From a virus (lineage: Duplodnaviria > Caudoviricetes), in IMG/VR virus record IMGVR_UViG_3300025137_000002, positions 1 to 54,235 of that record: 54,235 nucleotides of DNA. One strand, 5' to 3'. Below are positions 36,592 through 46,500 of the stretch, piece after piece (position 1 is the stretch's first letter; each line of letters starts with the position of its first letter). Under the pieces are notes generated by a model that made no database searches, was not told the origin of the DNA, and saw only the letters and a program-made list of their open reading frames with translations. A program made the translations under genes and the position numbers.

Positions 36592-36762
36592 ATGACAATA
36601 AGAATAGAAAGAACTGGTGGTTTTGAACTTCAGGCTTCTGAATGCCCTAAGTGTCAGGCTCCCACGCTTGACCAAACTTCCAATCGTGAGGATTGTGAGA
36701 ACTGTGGCTACTGGCTTGTCTACGCCACTGGCGAGGGTTGGGGTGGCTATCGTGAAGAATAG
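36592..36762 (+). CDS. Small Zn-ribbon protein (56 aa, not in track)
   Basis: AGGAG RBS; MTIRIERTGGFELQASECPKCQAPTLDQTSNREDCENCGYW... Confidence 0.7.
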   Translation: MTIRIERTGGFELQASECPKCQAPTLDQTSNREDCENCGYWLVYATGEGWGGYREE

Positions 36763-36919
36763 TCAATACGAGAAACGCTGTAAAGAGTGTTTCACAATAA
36801 CTGTTTCTGAAAAACCTTTAGAAAATGGTGAACCTTGTGAACCTTGTGAAATCATGAATCAATCTACTAAAAATTCTCACTTAGTTGACGATTGGATTCC
36901 TAAACATACACATCAATAA
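36752..36919 (+). CDS. Small Zn-finger protein (55 aa)
   Basis: GTG start; CKEC...CEPC. This is the 3' part of track ORF 36617-36919. Confidence 0.5.
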   Translation: MKNSQYEKRCKECFTITVSEKPLENGEPCEPCEIMNQSTKNSHLVDDWIPKHTHQ

Positions 36920-36971
36920 TCCTACCTCTTAGGGATTGAATAAATCTGTATTTTCTATACTTGTTATACAT

Positions 36972-38087
36972 CTATCCTGAACTCTGCCTGATAGTTATAC
37001 TTGAATCGTTACCACCATTTATCCTTACAATTTTACTTACTCCGTCTTGAATAAACAGCACTGTATATGAACCTGAAACATTTAATTGTAAACTTGCTTC
37101 TTGATTAACTTTCCTTTGAATATTTAATACTTCACCGTCTATGAAAGTGACTATCTGCGTATCTGGGTCTTGCCCTAACGCTGTTCCTGATATTGCAACT
37201 GAACTTGCCAAAGCTAATGCATCTTCTTCTTTAGAGACAGCTAACTCGTCAATGATGTCTAACAAATCTTCTAAAAAATTAACATCAAGATAGTTTATAT
37301 CTAACTCATTAAACTCTAAGAAATCTTCTTGTAACAAATCTTCAGCTAAGTAATCAATATCTAAATCATCAAAATCAAGTATTGCATCACCTTGGTCAGC
37401 ATATACCTGCTCATCAAAAGTTTCTTGTTTTTCTGGTGGGGAAACAATCAACATGTTATCAATTATATTTAATGACAAATCAAGTATTACAGGCTTACTA
37501 GGTGCTGACTCAAAAACATCAACAGTTGTAGCCTCAAAAGGTTTAGTCAATACCACAGTACCCGTTGCTGTAACCACTTCAATACTGCCACTTGATACGC
37601 CAAACTCATCAGGCAATAATATTATTAAACTCCTACCTAGCTCATCAACAGTAGTAGTGAAATCAGTTCCACGAATCGCTATGTTTGCTGTTGGTGTTTC
37701 AAGTTTTATATTTTGTTTCGCTATAGCGTTAAATTTACCTGTAACGAATCTAGCAGTCCCAAGACTGAATCTAATACCTAACTCAGCTTTACTCGGGTCT
37801 GGGTCATATATGTATTTGGTAATTAGAAGCTTTGAGTGTTCAGTTAAACTAACTCGGCTATCATCAAGGAATGTAATAGCCATACGACCATTTTCAGTTT
37901 CAGCTTGGTCATTTTGTTGAATGCTAAAATCTAATTCAGCAGGGTAGTCTTTATCTCTAACTACTTGTGCTTCGCCGTTTAATTCTGATACGCCACCGAT
38001 TCTAACAACCGGTAGAGCTTCCCCCGTCATTTTGGGTGACACAGATATTAGAATTAGAAGTGTTAGCAATAATTTTAAGATAGTCAC
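36972..38087 (-). CDS. FecR-domain periplasmic protein
   Basis: Signal peptide; T.NGRM.I.F.DDS.V.LTEHS, LGTARF.TG, TPTANIAIRGTDF; acidic linker. Confidence 0.85.
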   Translation of the reverse strand: MTILKLLLTLLILISVSPKMTGEALPVVRIGGVSELNGEAQVVRDKDYPAELDFSIQQNDQAETENGRMAITFLDDSRVSLTEHSKLLITKYIYDPDPSKAELGIRFSLGTARFVTGKFNAIAKQNIKLETPTANIAIRGTDFTTTVDELGRSLIILLPDEFGVSSGSIEVVTATGTVVLTKPFEATTVDVFESAPSKPVILDLSLNIIDNMLIVSPPEKQETFDEQVYADQGDAILDFDDLDIDYLAEDLLQEDFLEFNELDINYLDVNFLEDLLDIIDELAVSKEEDALALASSVAISGTALGQDPDTQIVTFIDGEVLNIQRKVNQEASLQLNVSGSYTVLFIQDGVSKIVRINGGNDSSITIRQSSG

Positions 38088-38733
38088 GAGCTAATGTTGA
38101 TGATTGGTTAATGTTGAATGTATTAGTGCTTCCATCTAGTTCTAAGTAAAAGTAACCACTATCAGATGATGTGTTTCCGGCATAACCACTCGCTGTAAAA
38201 TTAATTGTGTTAGTGCTTCCATTGATGTCCATATAGTTTACAGCATTAGCATAATCTATATCAAAATCAAATGTGTTTGAATCACCAAGTATTATCCAAT
38301 CAAGATTGAGATAAGAAGCATCATCATTTTCGGCTATTTTTATATCTGCTTCATTACTGCTACCAGTTACATCAATATTCATGTTTATGTAATCAGATAT
38401 TTCTCCACCTGTACTATTAATTAATAAGTCCCATACATTTGAGTCACCATCAAATTCAAAGAATCCGGTAAAGTTGTCGCCATCAATAGCGTCTGATAAA
38501 AATTGGTTACTAGAACCTATTTGATTTATGTCAAGTATCATTGACACACCATCAAGGTCAAGTGCGGTCATAGAACCGGTTGTAGCTGAAGTGCCACCGA
38601 TTAAATTAGATGAGCCTAGTTGCTCTAAATCAATAGAGGCAGTATTTCCGCTTTGGGTGACTGATATCTCATTATCGGCATCAACTGATACTGCGACTGT
38701 TAACAATAATGAAAACAATAACTTATACTTCAT
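38002..38733 (-). CDS. Secreted curlin-like beta-repeat protein
   Basis: Signal peptide; DNEISVTQSG, EQLGSSN, NQIGSSN, GDSN, GSSN, GSTN repeats. Confidence 0.7.
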   Translation of the reverse strand: MKYKLLFSLLLTVAVSVDADNEISVTQSGNTASIDLEQLGSSNLIGGTSATTGSMTALDLDGVSMILDINQIGSSNQFLSDAIDGDNFTGFFEFDGDSNVWDLLINSTGGEISDYINMNIDVTGSSNEADIKIAENDDASYLNLDWIILGDSNTFDFDIDYANAVNYMDINGSTNTINFTASGYAGNTSSDSGYFYLELDGSTNTFNINQSSTLARDYLKIIANTSNSNICVTQNDGGSSTGC

Positions 38734-39526
38734 GTTTCCAATATCCCCTGTCATAACCGACAGTAATAATATCTAATAATGCACTTTCTATTGCCTTTTG
38801 TAAAGCTATAGTGTTTGACTCATTAGTTGCCCTGCCAACTTCTATTTCTACTAACTCAGTTCCGGCTTCAATAAATTTGAATACATCTTGGCTTCTCCCG
38901 TGTGAATATATAGTTTTTGATTTGCTTGATTCAATTAATATTTCACCAGTGTTAACGCTTACCAACCTTAGACTCACAGTGACTTTATCAGTACGATACA
39001 TCTCACTTGAACCAACTCCTAAGTACCTTGCCCCGACACCACCACTCACCATATTCGTTTCATAAGATACAACAGCACCTTCAAATAAAACACCTGCGAA
39101 TAATAAAGGCAGTAATGCGTTGTCTTGTTTCAACTGCTCCCTCGTTGAGCGTATAAGCTGTCTCTCTTTTGTGAGATTATCAAGACCAACCCTTTCTACC
39201 ACTCTAAAGAACTTTCCGTCTGATACCTGTTTGAGTGTCCTGATTAGTAATGCTGATGGTTGTTGGGTAATAGCACTAGAGAATAATGCAAATTGACTAT
39301 TGCTTTTCCTTTGGCCTGTTTGGTCGGTAAATGCAGTTGGGTATACAGCGACTACTGGCATTATTATAGGTGCTACCACTTCTGATAAAGATTCCGATAT
39401 AGGTAATTCAAAAGGCGTATCCATACCTTTACTTGGGAATCTAGCTGACTCCGTATCTTTAGCTACATCTAAGATGCTACAGCTAGAAAGTAAAAGAACC
39501 AATAGGTAAGGTAATCTCTGTAACAT
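38723..39526 (-). CDS. csgG: CsgG/HfaB-family outer-membrane secretion lipoprotein
   Basis: Lipobox LSSC; VAVY..F.DQTGQRK, FSSAITQ, FRVVERVGLDNLTKERQLIRSTR, GGVGARYLGVG, YRTD.VTVSLRLVSV.TGEIL. Confidence 0.9.
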   Translation of the reverse strand: MLQRLPYLLVLLLSSCSILDVAKDTESARFPSKGMDTPFELPISESLSEVVAPIIMPVVAVYPTAFTDQTGQRKSNSQFALFSSAITQQPSALLIRTLKQVSDGKFFRVVERVGLDNLTKERQLIRSTREQLKQDNALLPLLFAGVLFEGAVVSYETNMVSGGVGARYLGVGSSEMYRTDKVTVSLRLVSVNTGEILIESSKSKTIYSHGRSQDVFKFIEAGTELVEIEVGRATNESNTIALQKAIESALLDIITVGYDRGYWKHEV

Positions 39527-40013
39527 TTCCATCTGCGTCCGTTATTTTAAGTGTAATCATTAAGCCATCAGGACTAACTGTATATTCTATTGTAGTCCCC
39601 ATGAACTCTAATACGCCTGATGTTTGTGGAGTTTCCCCGAAAAGTTGGTCAACCAGTTGTCTTGATAATTGTGCATAAATGCGACTTTCTAAATTCCTTA
39701 AAAATCTAGCGAGTGTAGTATTTTCTGCGTCTCTTTCTTGTTGCTCTTTCAAGGCTTTGAATTCAGCTTTAATATCTGCCTTACGATTAAACTCTTGATT
39801 TTCAATAGTTAAATAATGACTTGAGGTGCCGACTCCAGAAAATGATGGGTTCTTAAATTTATGTACTAATTCGTCAGCTTGTAGGTTATGCCAACCAATA
39901 CCTATTATTAAGATAAGTGCTATAACCATTATGAAATTGATTATCTTATCTTTTTGAATGTTATGTTTACGCCTAGCTATCTCTATTTTGCTCGGTCGCC
40001 CTTTCTTTGCCAT
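39483..40013 (-). CDS. csgF: CsgF-like curli assembly protein
   Basis: TM/signal followed by ADELVHKFKNPSFSG; F..NLESRIYAQLSRQLVD.LFG; directly upstream of csgG. Confidence 0.75.
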   Translation of the reverse strand: MAKKGRPSKIEIARRKHNIQKDKIINFIMVIALILIIGIGWHNLQADELVHKFKNPSFSGVGTSSHYLTIENQEFNRKADIKAEFKALKEQQERDAENTTLARFLRNLESRIYAQLSRQLVDQLFGETPQTSGVLEFMGTTIEYTVSPDGLMITLKITDADGNVTEITLPIGSFTF

Positions 40014-40242
40014 TATGCTCCTTTAACTCAATAGCTGTTTTCAGCTTCTCTTGTAATCGTATCATATCTTGATCTAATAGCCTAAGTTGGTCAGTTAGCC
40101 GTATTATAGTTTTTTGCATTTCGCTGACGGCAGGTTCTACAGTTTTCGTTATCGTTATCCAAACATAATAAACAAAGTACCCTAAACCGACTACCATGAT
40201 AGTTGTGAAACCAAATTTTTCTACTAATGTTACTATATCCAT
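39973..40242 (-). CDS. Single-TM coiled-coil membrane protein
   Basis: LVEKFGF....GLGYFVYYVW; paralogue of the neighbouring gene. Confidence 0.7.
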   Translation of the reverse strand: MDIVTLVEKFGFTTIMVVGLGYFVYYVWITITKTVEPAVSEMQKTIIRLTDQLRLLDQDMIRLQEKLKTAIELKEHNGKERATEQNRDS

Positions 40243-40535
40243 CAATCACGCCTAGCATCAATCTTCCCATCTTCTACGAAGTTTTCTGCTCTTGCTATCC
40301 GCGATAGGTCAGGTGCTAAATTCAAAGCACTTGATACAACTGTATCAATCCGAATGATGTCATTGTTCATTGTTGAAGCTCTCACTATCAACATTTTTGA
40401 AATACCTTCTACTGTTTTAATCTTGTTGACTAAACCAGTCATCATTTGTTTCATGATTAGAAATATAAAATAACCCATAACTAATCCACTAGCTATAGGC
40501 AATCCGACCTTTTCAATTAGGTCAAATGCTTCCAC
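40242..40535 (-). CDS. Single-TM coiled-coil membrane protein
   Basis: LIEKVGLPIA....GYFIF. Confidence 0.7.
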   Translation of the reverse strand: MEAFDLIEKVGLPIASGLVMGYFIFLIMKQMMTGLVNKIKTVEGISKMLIVRASTMNNDIIRIDTVVSSALNLAPDLSRIARAENFVEDGKIDARRD

Positions 40536-40924
40536 TAATCTTCGCCTTTAAAACTCTTTGAAGCACCCGATGTACCGGCATATAGACCGAACCATGCCGC
40601 TCCTGCACCTACCACTATTGATATTAGACCCGATTGCTCAAAGGTAGGCGTAGGCAAATCCATAAACCATATTGTGCATTTATATAACAAGACGATATAA
40701 ACTGTTAAAAACATACGGGGAAAGATACGCCATGAATCAACAGCTTGTGCTAAATGTATCCATCTTTGATGAGGATTTACATTAGTCACATCTTCTAAGT
40801 CTCTTATTTTTCCTTTGAGTTCACTTATTTCTTGAACCATAGCCATGAACTTATTAAGGTCCATTTCAACTTCATTCCTATCCATGTCGCCACCAAAACG
40901 ACCACTTCCCATATTATCATTCAT
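40535..40924 (-). CDS. Two-TM membrane protein, holin candidate
   Basis: DSWRIFPR + TM, QSGLISIVVGAGAAWFGLY; AGGAG RBS. Confidence 0.65.
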   Translation of the reverse strand: MNDNMGSGRFGGDMDRNEVEMDLNKFMAMVQEISELKGKIRDLEDVTNVNPHQRWIHLAQAVDSWRIFPRMFLTVYIVLLYKCTIWFMDLPTPTFEQSGLISIVVGAGAAWFGLYAGTSGASKSFKGED

Positions 40925-40935
40925 AATTTACTCCT

Positions 40936-41115
40936 TTAAGTATATTTATCTTTTACTGCCTTTCTTGCTAGATAAAATCCACCAGTCTTGGCACTATCTC
41001 CGAACTTTCCTGAATCAATATCATGATATAGCTTATCAAGTTGGTCTTTGAACTTGCTGTAATATTGTTTCCTATTGTCTGCTTTTGATTGCTCTTTATG
41101 TAAGTTTATATTCAT
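40936..41115 (-). CDS. Small tail-associated protein (59 aa, not in track)
   Basis: R..YY....DQLDKLYHDID...KAVKDKY motif, typical of tail fibre assembly-type proteins; ATGA coupling. Confidence 0.65.
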   Translation of the reverse strand: MNINLHKEQSKADNRKQYYSKFKDQLDKLYHDIDSGKFGDSAKTGGFYLARKAVKDKYT

Positions 41116-41540
41116 TCCCCATACCTCTTAACAATTATTTGAGTTCCATTATGTTTTTGATAATGTAGCTTCTCAAATTTAATCATATATGTGCTTGGCT
41201 CTTGAACAGTTAATGTAAGAGTTGTATCAGTCATAGTTCCCTGTAATGTTCCGTCCATGTAAACTTTTGTGCCTGATGGTAGACCTGTAACATTTATTAC
41301 ATCATCAATAGCAGGAGTAGTTGTAGAGAAAGTAAAGTCCCAAGCTGTTTTTTGAACTAAAGCAGTAGCGTCAGAATTAACATAATAATTTTCATCAGGT
41401 TGGTTATCATCTGCTAAATCTAAAGCAACATGAGAAAAACCTAAATCCAATTGAGCTGTTTTTATGCCATCATTAATCTGACCTGTTGTAGACCAAACTA
41501 TTTCTTTATTAGAATTGTAAAAAATATTATATGTTGTCAT
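41112..41540 (-). CDS. Tail-associated hypothetical protein
   Basis: Coupled ORF at the end of the tail module. Confidence 0.65.
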   Translation of the reverse strand: MTTYNIFYNSNKEIVWSTTGQINDGIKTAQLDLGFSHVALDLADDNQPDENYYVNSDATALVQKTAWDFTFSTTTPAIDDVINVTGLPSGTKVYMDGTLQGTMTDTTLTLTVQEPSTYMIKFEKLHYQKHNGTQIIVKRYGE

Positions 41541-42133
41541 AGGCTTCCATTATTTAAAAAATTATCAGCAGTAAATATAACATATGAATAAAAGTAGACA
41601 GAATCATTACCAAGTGAAGTTGCTTTTCCAACAACATCATCAAAAGTTCTGCCCCCTACATTTGTTAGCTTAAAACTGCTAGTTGTCACATCAGTAATAG
41701 CAAGTCCTACAGTACCTGATGATTCAGGGAAAGTTATCTCATCTCCACTTTCTTCATCATCTTCTTGGTATTCAACAGAACCTGAGGAATAAGTAAAAGG
41801 ACTATATGAGCTTGTAGCTTGTCCACTTGCTATTTGTGTAGCACTACAAAATCTAACAGCATAGGCAGGTGTGTATCCTAAATTATGAGTAATGGTATGC
41901 TCATGTTGAGAGTAAGTTGTTGAATTATATGTATATGTAAGTTGAGCACCACTTGTTCTATGTTGTACTTGTGGCACTAAAATATTTTGACCATAAGATT
42001 GAACTATAAGACTTTCTACTGCCCTTGAATCAAACCCTAAAGGCTCATCAGAAGTGACTACATTTTGACCTGCTCTTGAAACAAAAAGACCGTCATCACT
42101 TCCTCTCTTGCCAACTAAAACTCTGTTAGCCAT
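41537..42133 (-). CDS. Tail tip protein (MANRV-family paralogue 3)
   Basis: Shared N-terminal module; ITHNLGYTP. Confidence 0.7.
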   Translation of the reverse strand: MANRVLVGKRGSDDGLFVSRAGQNVVTSDEPLGFDSRAVESLIVQSYGQNILVPQVQHRTSGAQLTYTYNSTTYSQHEHTITHNLGYTPAYAVRFCSATQIASGQATSSYSPFTYSSGSVEYQEDDEESGDEITFPESSGTVGLAITDVTTSSFKLTNVGGRTFDDVVGKATSLGNDSVYFYSYVIFTADNFLNNGSL

Positions 42134-42600
42134 TAGAATAAAGCCAAGTTTGAATATCGTGGAGCTACATAAGACTTTACTGATAATGATTGAGTTGTAT
42201 TGTTAGTAATTGTAATTGTTTCAAGAGTATTACTTTCAACAATATTAAATGCTGCTGATGAAGATGAAGATGTATTTATATTTAATCTGCCAAAACCTAT
42301 AAAACCGAAAGCTCTATTAAATGAAATACTTGATAAATCAATGGTTGCTGTAGCTCCTGATGTAAGTGTAGTGGTTGTAGTTGTAGCACCTGCAGTTGTT
42401 ATTGGTGCTAGTTGAAACATACCTATAACTCTTGAAACATCAGTAACAGAGCCATTATCAGTATTAAAAATTAATTCATCTGCTGTACATGAAGTCACAT
42501 CTTTACCAGTCCTTGAAACATACAATCCAAAACCTGCTGAAGCAGAACTATGTCCATGATTGGTATTTACATTTTTTCCTAAAATTAATCTATTAGCCAT
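42133..42600 (-). CDS. Tail tip protein (MANRV-family paralogue 2)
   Basis: Shared N-terminal module. Confidence 0.7.
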   Translation of the reverse strand: MANRLILGKNVNTNHGHSSASAGFGLYVSRTGKDVTSCTADELIFNTDNGSVTDVSRVIGMFQLAPITTAGATTTTTTLTSGATATIDLSSISFNRAFGFIGFGRLNINTSSSSSAAFNIVESNTLETITITNNTTQSLSVKSYVAPRYSNLALF

Positions 42601-43528
42601 AATAAGTTGAGTTCATATATCCGTAAGCTAGAGGTATTCTTAAAACAAAAAAAGAACAATTACCACACTGTACAAGGTTTTCGTCATTATCTTCTAATAT
42701 GTTATAACTTCGCCCTCTACCAACAGGTCCACCTGCTGTAAAAACTGAAGCATTGTTTCTACCAGTTCCATTACCTGTACCAGTAGGAGCAGTTGATGCA
42801 CCACTAGCAGGAAACATATGAGTAGCAGTTGTTTCCCATATACTAAAAGTGCTTACTTCTTCAAAGCTGTCATAATCTTCTTCATCACCATCTTGTTGAG
42901 CTGTACCTGTATTTTCTTCTGCTAAAGTTATCAAAGGTATATAACCTAGTCCTGCTTTAGTAGAACCCGTACCTGTTAAATAATTGATACCATTAGAGTC
43001 AATAATACCAACAGCATAAGTTGCAGCATTTATACCTACTGAGCTTTCAAGAGAATCACTTGCAGGATATGAAATTACCATATCACCATTAGCAAAGGCT
43101 TTTTCAAGACGGAGTCTGGCACTTCCTGCACCTGCACTATTTCTAAAGGCTTGTATGCCTGTTATTGAAGCACTGTTAATATCATTTTTTATATCATTAC
43201 CATTGGTAACTAGGTTTCCGTTAAACATAGTAGTCACACTTGTAAGCGTTACTGTAGTCCCATCAATGATTATTTTTTTTCCTCTAAGGTCAGTACCATT
43301 AATAGTTTCATCAATAATAACTGTACCAACTGTTTGAGGGTCAGAATCAGAATTATTGCCAACAAAATCTAATCCGTTAGCACCTGCATATATTTGACCT
43401 GTTCTTGCTTTTGTTGAATCAAAGAGAAGGTCTTTATCTGTAGCTGTCAAAACATTGACACTTGGCTTAGATACTCTCAAACCAAATACGCCACTTCCTA
43501 GATTTCCAAGCTGTACTCTATTTGCCAT
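42593..43528 (-). CDS. Tail tip protein (MANRV-family paralogue 1)
   Basis: Shared N-terminal module. Confidence 0.7.
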   Translation of the reverse strand: MANRVQLGNLGSGVFGLRVSKPSVNVLTATDKDLLFDSTKARTGQIYAGANGLDFVGNNSDSDPQTVGTVIIDETINGTDLRGKKIIIDGTTVTLTSVTTMFNGNLVTNGNDIKNDINSASITGIQAFRNSAGAGSARLRLEKAFANGDMVISYPASDSLESSVGINAATYAVGIIDSNGINYLTGTGSTKAGLGYIPLITLAEENTGTAQQDGDEEDYDSFEEVSTFSIWETTATHMFPASGASTAPTGTGNGTGRNNASVFTAGGPVGRGRSYNILEDNDENLVQCGNCSFFVLRIPLAYGYMNSTYYG

Positions 43529-43530
43529 AA

Positions 43531-46500
43531 TTAATCTGTAATAAGGATTCTTCCATTTCCACCATCAATTGTTATGTTTCCAACAACTATCTTGTCATCA
43601 GAATTACTGCCTAGCGTCATTGTAGCACCTACACTCATATTTCCTGTAATGTTTCCATTTGTATCTATAGTGCTTCCATTATTAGTTGAACCTGTTGCTA
43701 CACCATCTAACTTACCTGACCTTGTAGAATCTAAAGATGCTAAGTCACTAAGACCTACATTGGCTTTTCCTAGTGTTTGATTTCCACTACCTGCATTGTT
43801 TAGACCAAGTGTAGTACCACTTAAACTCAATGTGATTTGGTCATTCTTTAAAATGTTTGGGGCATTGCTACCATCAGACTTAACCTGTGCATCATTCGTG
43901 ACATTACTTAAACCTACATCAGTAGCTGTAGTGTTTTCATTTTTTATTGAAGCAGGAGCGTTAGTTAAATCAGTTTTTACAGCTCCAAGACCTGTAGCAC
44001 TTACAGTTCCACCACCTGCATTTGATAAAACTCCTGCACTGCTAATAGAAATTTGATTGTTTTTTAAAACATTGGGTGCATTACTACCATCTGTTTTAAT
44101 TTGTGCATCGTTTGTTACATTCCCTAAACCAACATCAGAGTTATCAAAGGATACATTACCACTACCTGCATTATCTAAGGAAAGATTACCTGAGCCATCT
44201 TTTGACAAAGTAACTTGATTATTTTTAAGACTGTTAGGAGCATTACTCGCGTCAGTCTTGATCGCACCTAAACCTACAGCAGTTGCTTGACCACCACCTG
44301 CTCCCGATAAGCTACCATCAGCACCTATAGATATTTGTGCGTTCTTTAAAGCATTCTTTGCTTTGAAATTACCACTATCAACTTCAAAATCATCAGATAA
44401 GAATGAGAAATTTGATAAGTCATTTTTCACCTGTGCATCGTTAGTTACATTTGTTAAACCAATATCTGCTTTGTCTAGCGACACATCAGTATTAGTGCCT
44501 GTATTAGTAAGCCTTACAGCACCCCCACTTTTTGATATTGATATTTGGTCATTCTTCAAGAGGTTAGGAGCGTTACTACCATCATCTTTTATTTGAGTAT
44601 CATTAGTAACATTACCTAAACCAATATCAAGTTTGTCAAAAACAGAGAAAGAAGCACTTACAGATGCTGTGAAACTAGAATGCGTACCTGAATGAGTTAT
44701 CGCTCGTAACCAAAAGAAATAAGTTGTACCGGCAGTAAGTCCGTCCATAGCTCCTTGAAACATTATAGATTTAGCATTTGGTTCACCCATCATTGTATGT
44801 ACAAGGTTCGTATCATTAGTAGGCGTTGAGTTAGAAGTCTTTCTGTATATTTTGACTGCTCTAAGATTTGTATTACTCGGATTAGTCCATTCTAAAATAA
44901 TACCTACTCTATTACCGTTAGCTGTAAATGAAGAAGGTGCTGATATTGCTGTGGCATCAGTTATAGCTTGGTTAACTGCGGTTGTATAATCTGAAAATAC
45001 ATTGTTGCTTGAAAAATGCCTAACTTTAACATTGTAAGTTTTGCCTACAACGACATTGGTTATAAGTGCTTTCGTTTCACCTTTACCGACTGTAAAATGC
45101 CCTTCATAATTTGAGTCTGTAGATAGTTTATAAGCGACCTCTGTTCCCATAACAGTATCATCAGTATTATTCACCCAAGTAACTTCTATGTCTGCTTTAA
45201 CTGTTGCCCCATCAATTTCAGTTCTTTGAGCCAAGGAAAGACTACTAGGTTGGGTGACGGAAAAATCACCGGTAGGTACTTCTTCGCCCTCCTCTTGAAT
45301 ATCTTCATAATCGCTTTGCAAGAAACTGAAAACAGCAGGGTCTATTTCTTTTAAATCAAGTCTAGTGGCTAAAACAGGCACACCATCATCACCTTCAAGG
45401 CTTTCAAGTTTTTGTGCTAACACTTCAAATCTTTTTTGAGTGAAACCCATTCTTTCGTTAGTTAGGTATACATGGTCAAAAGGTTGTAGTTGCATAAATC
45501 CTATATTACATAAAGCAGATACAGTCAGTTCTTGCCTATGATGTAGAAGATTTAGCTTAGATATTCTCTGTGCCATCGCATTAGTAGAAGTGAAAGGCAG
45601 TTGTAATTCTAATGACTTCCTGTAATTGGCCGTTGATTCACCTGTTGGCGTATCAGCATTTAAAAAAGCTGTATGTGTGTAAACCGGAGTATCAGTTGCT
45701 ATATATCTTTGCGTAGCATCAACGAAAACTGATTTGACTGTATTGTAATGTTCAGATGATTGAGATTTCGTAACGATTTGTAATGGTGCTAATAAATTAT
45801 CATCAACAATAGTCATCTCTGGGGTAACAGATGCACCTGCGAACATAATGAACTGACCATTGATATAAGATAACTTTCCGGCACATGAACTTAAAATTCC
45901 TCCTATAACACCCTCACCTACTGCTGAATAATCTGTAAATCCATTAGATGTATAAGTCGGTTCAGATAAAGTTAAAGTAACACTAGCATTAATTGATACA
46001 GCAGTATCAAGAGTGATAGTTCTTCTAACTTTTTTTACTACTTTTACAGTACCACTGATACCAGTACCAGTAACAATCATTCCTTGACCGATTAGTTGAT
46101 TGTTTACATTTCCGGTAAGTAATACATTTACCGAACTGCTTGATGATGTAGCTGTGGTAACAGTAGTAATAGTAGAGCCGGTATCACATGTATTTGCCGC
46201 AGATGAAAATCCTCCCAATGCTGTTGTATCATTTATTTCCGATTGTGTTGCCTTCAAGCCATAAACTGTATCTTGTAAATAATCTCTTATATGTAAAGCC
46301 GGATTGTTTGACCATGTCCAAGTGCTAGGGTCGGTAGCTGAATGTCCTGATTCCCTTGGGTCATAAACTTTTTTACCTTTCACTTCAAACGCTATTGATG
46401 GTATACCACCACCGAATGCTTCAGAGTCAAAAATCATTTCTACATAACAATAAGCAACATTGATAAACTTATCCGTAGATGTAAGGCTTGAATTAGATAC

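Noticed and set aside
36617-36919. Single 100-aa ORF in the track
   Set aside because: Better explained by an RBS-led ORF at 36592-36762 in another frame plus a short ORF from 36752.
34674-40013. Host chromosomal contamination or prophage flank (csg/fecR/cyclase look bacterial)
   Set aside because: The genes are coupled to phage late genes on both sides, share the same GATC/GCGC avoidance and contain the phage promoter motif.
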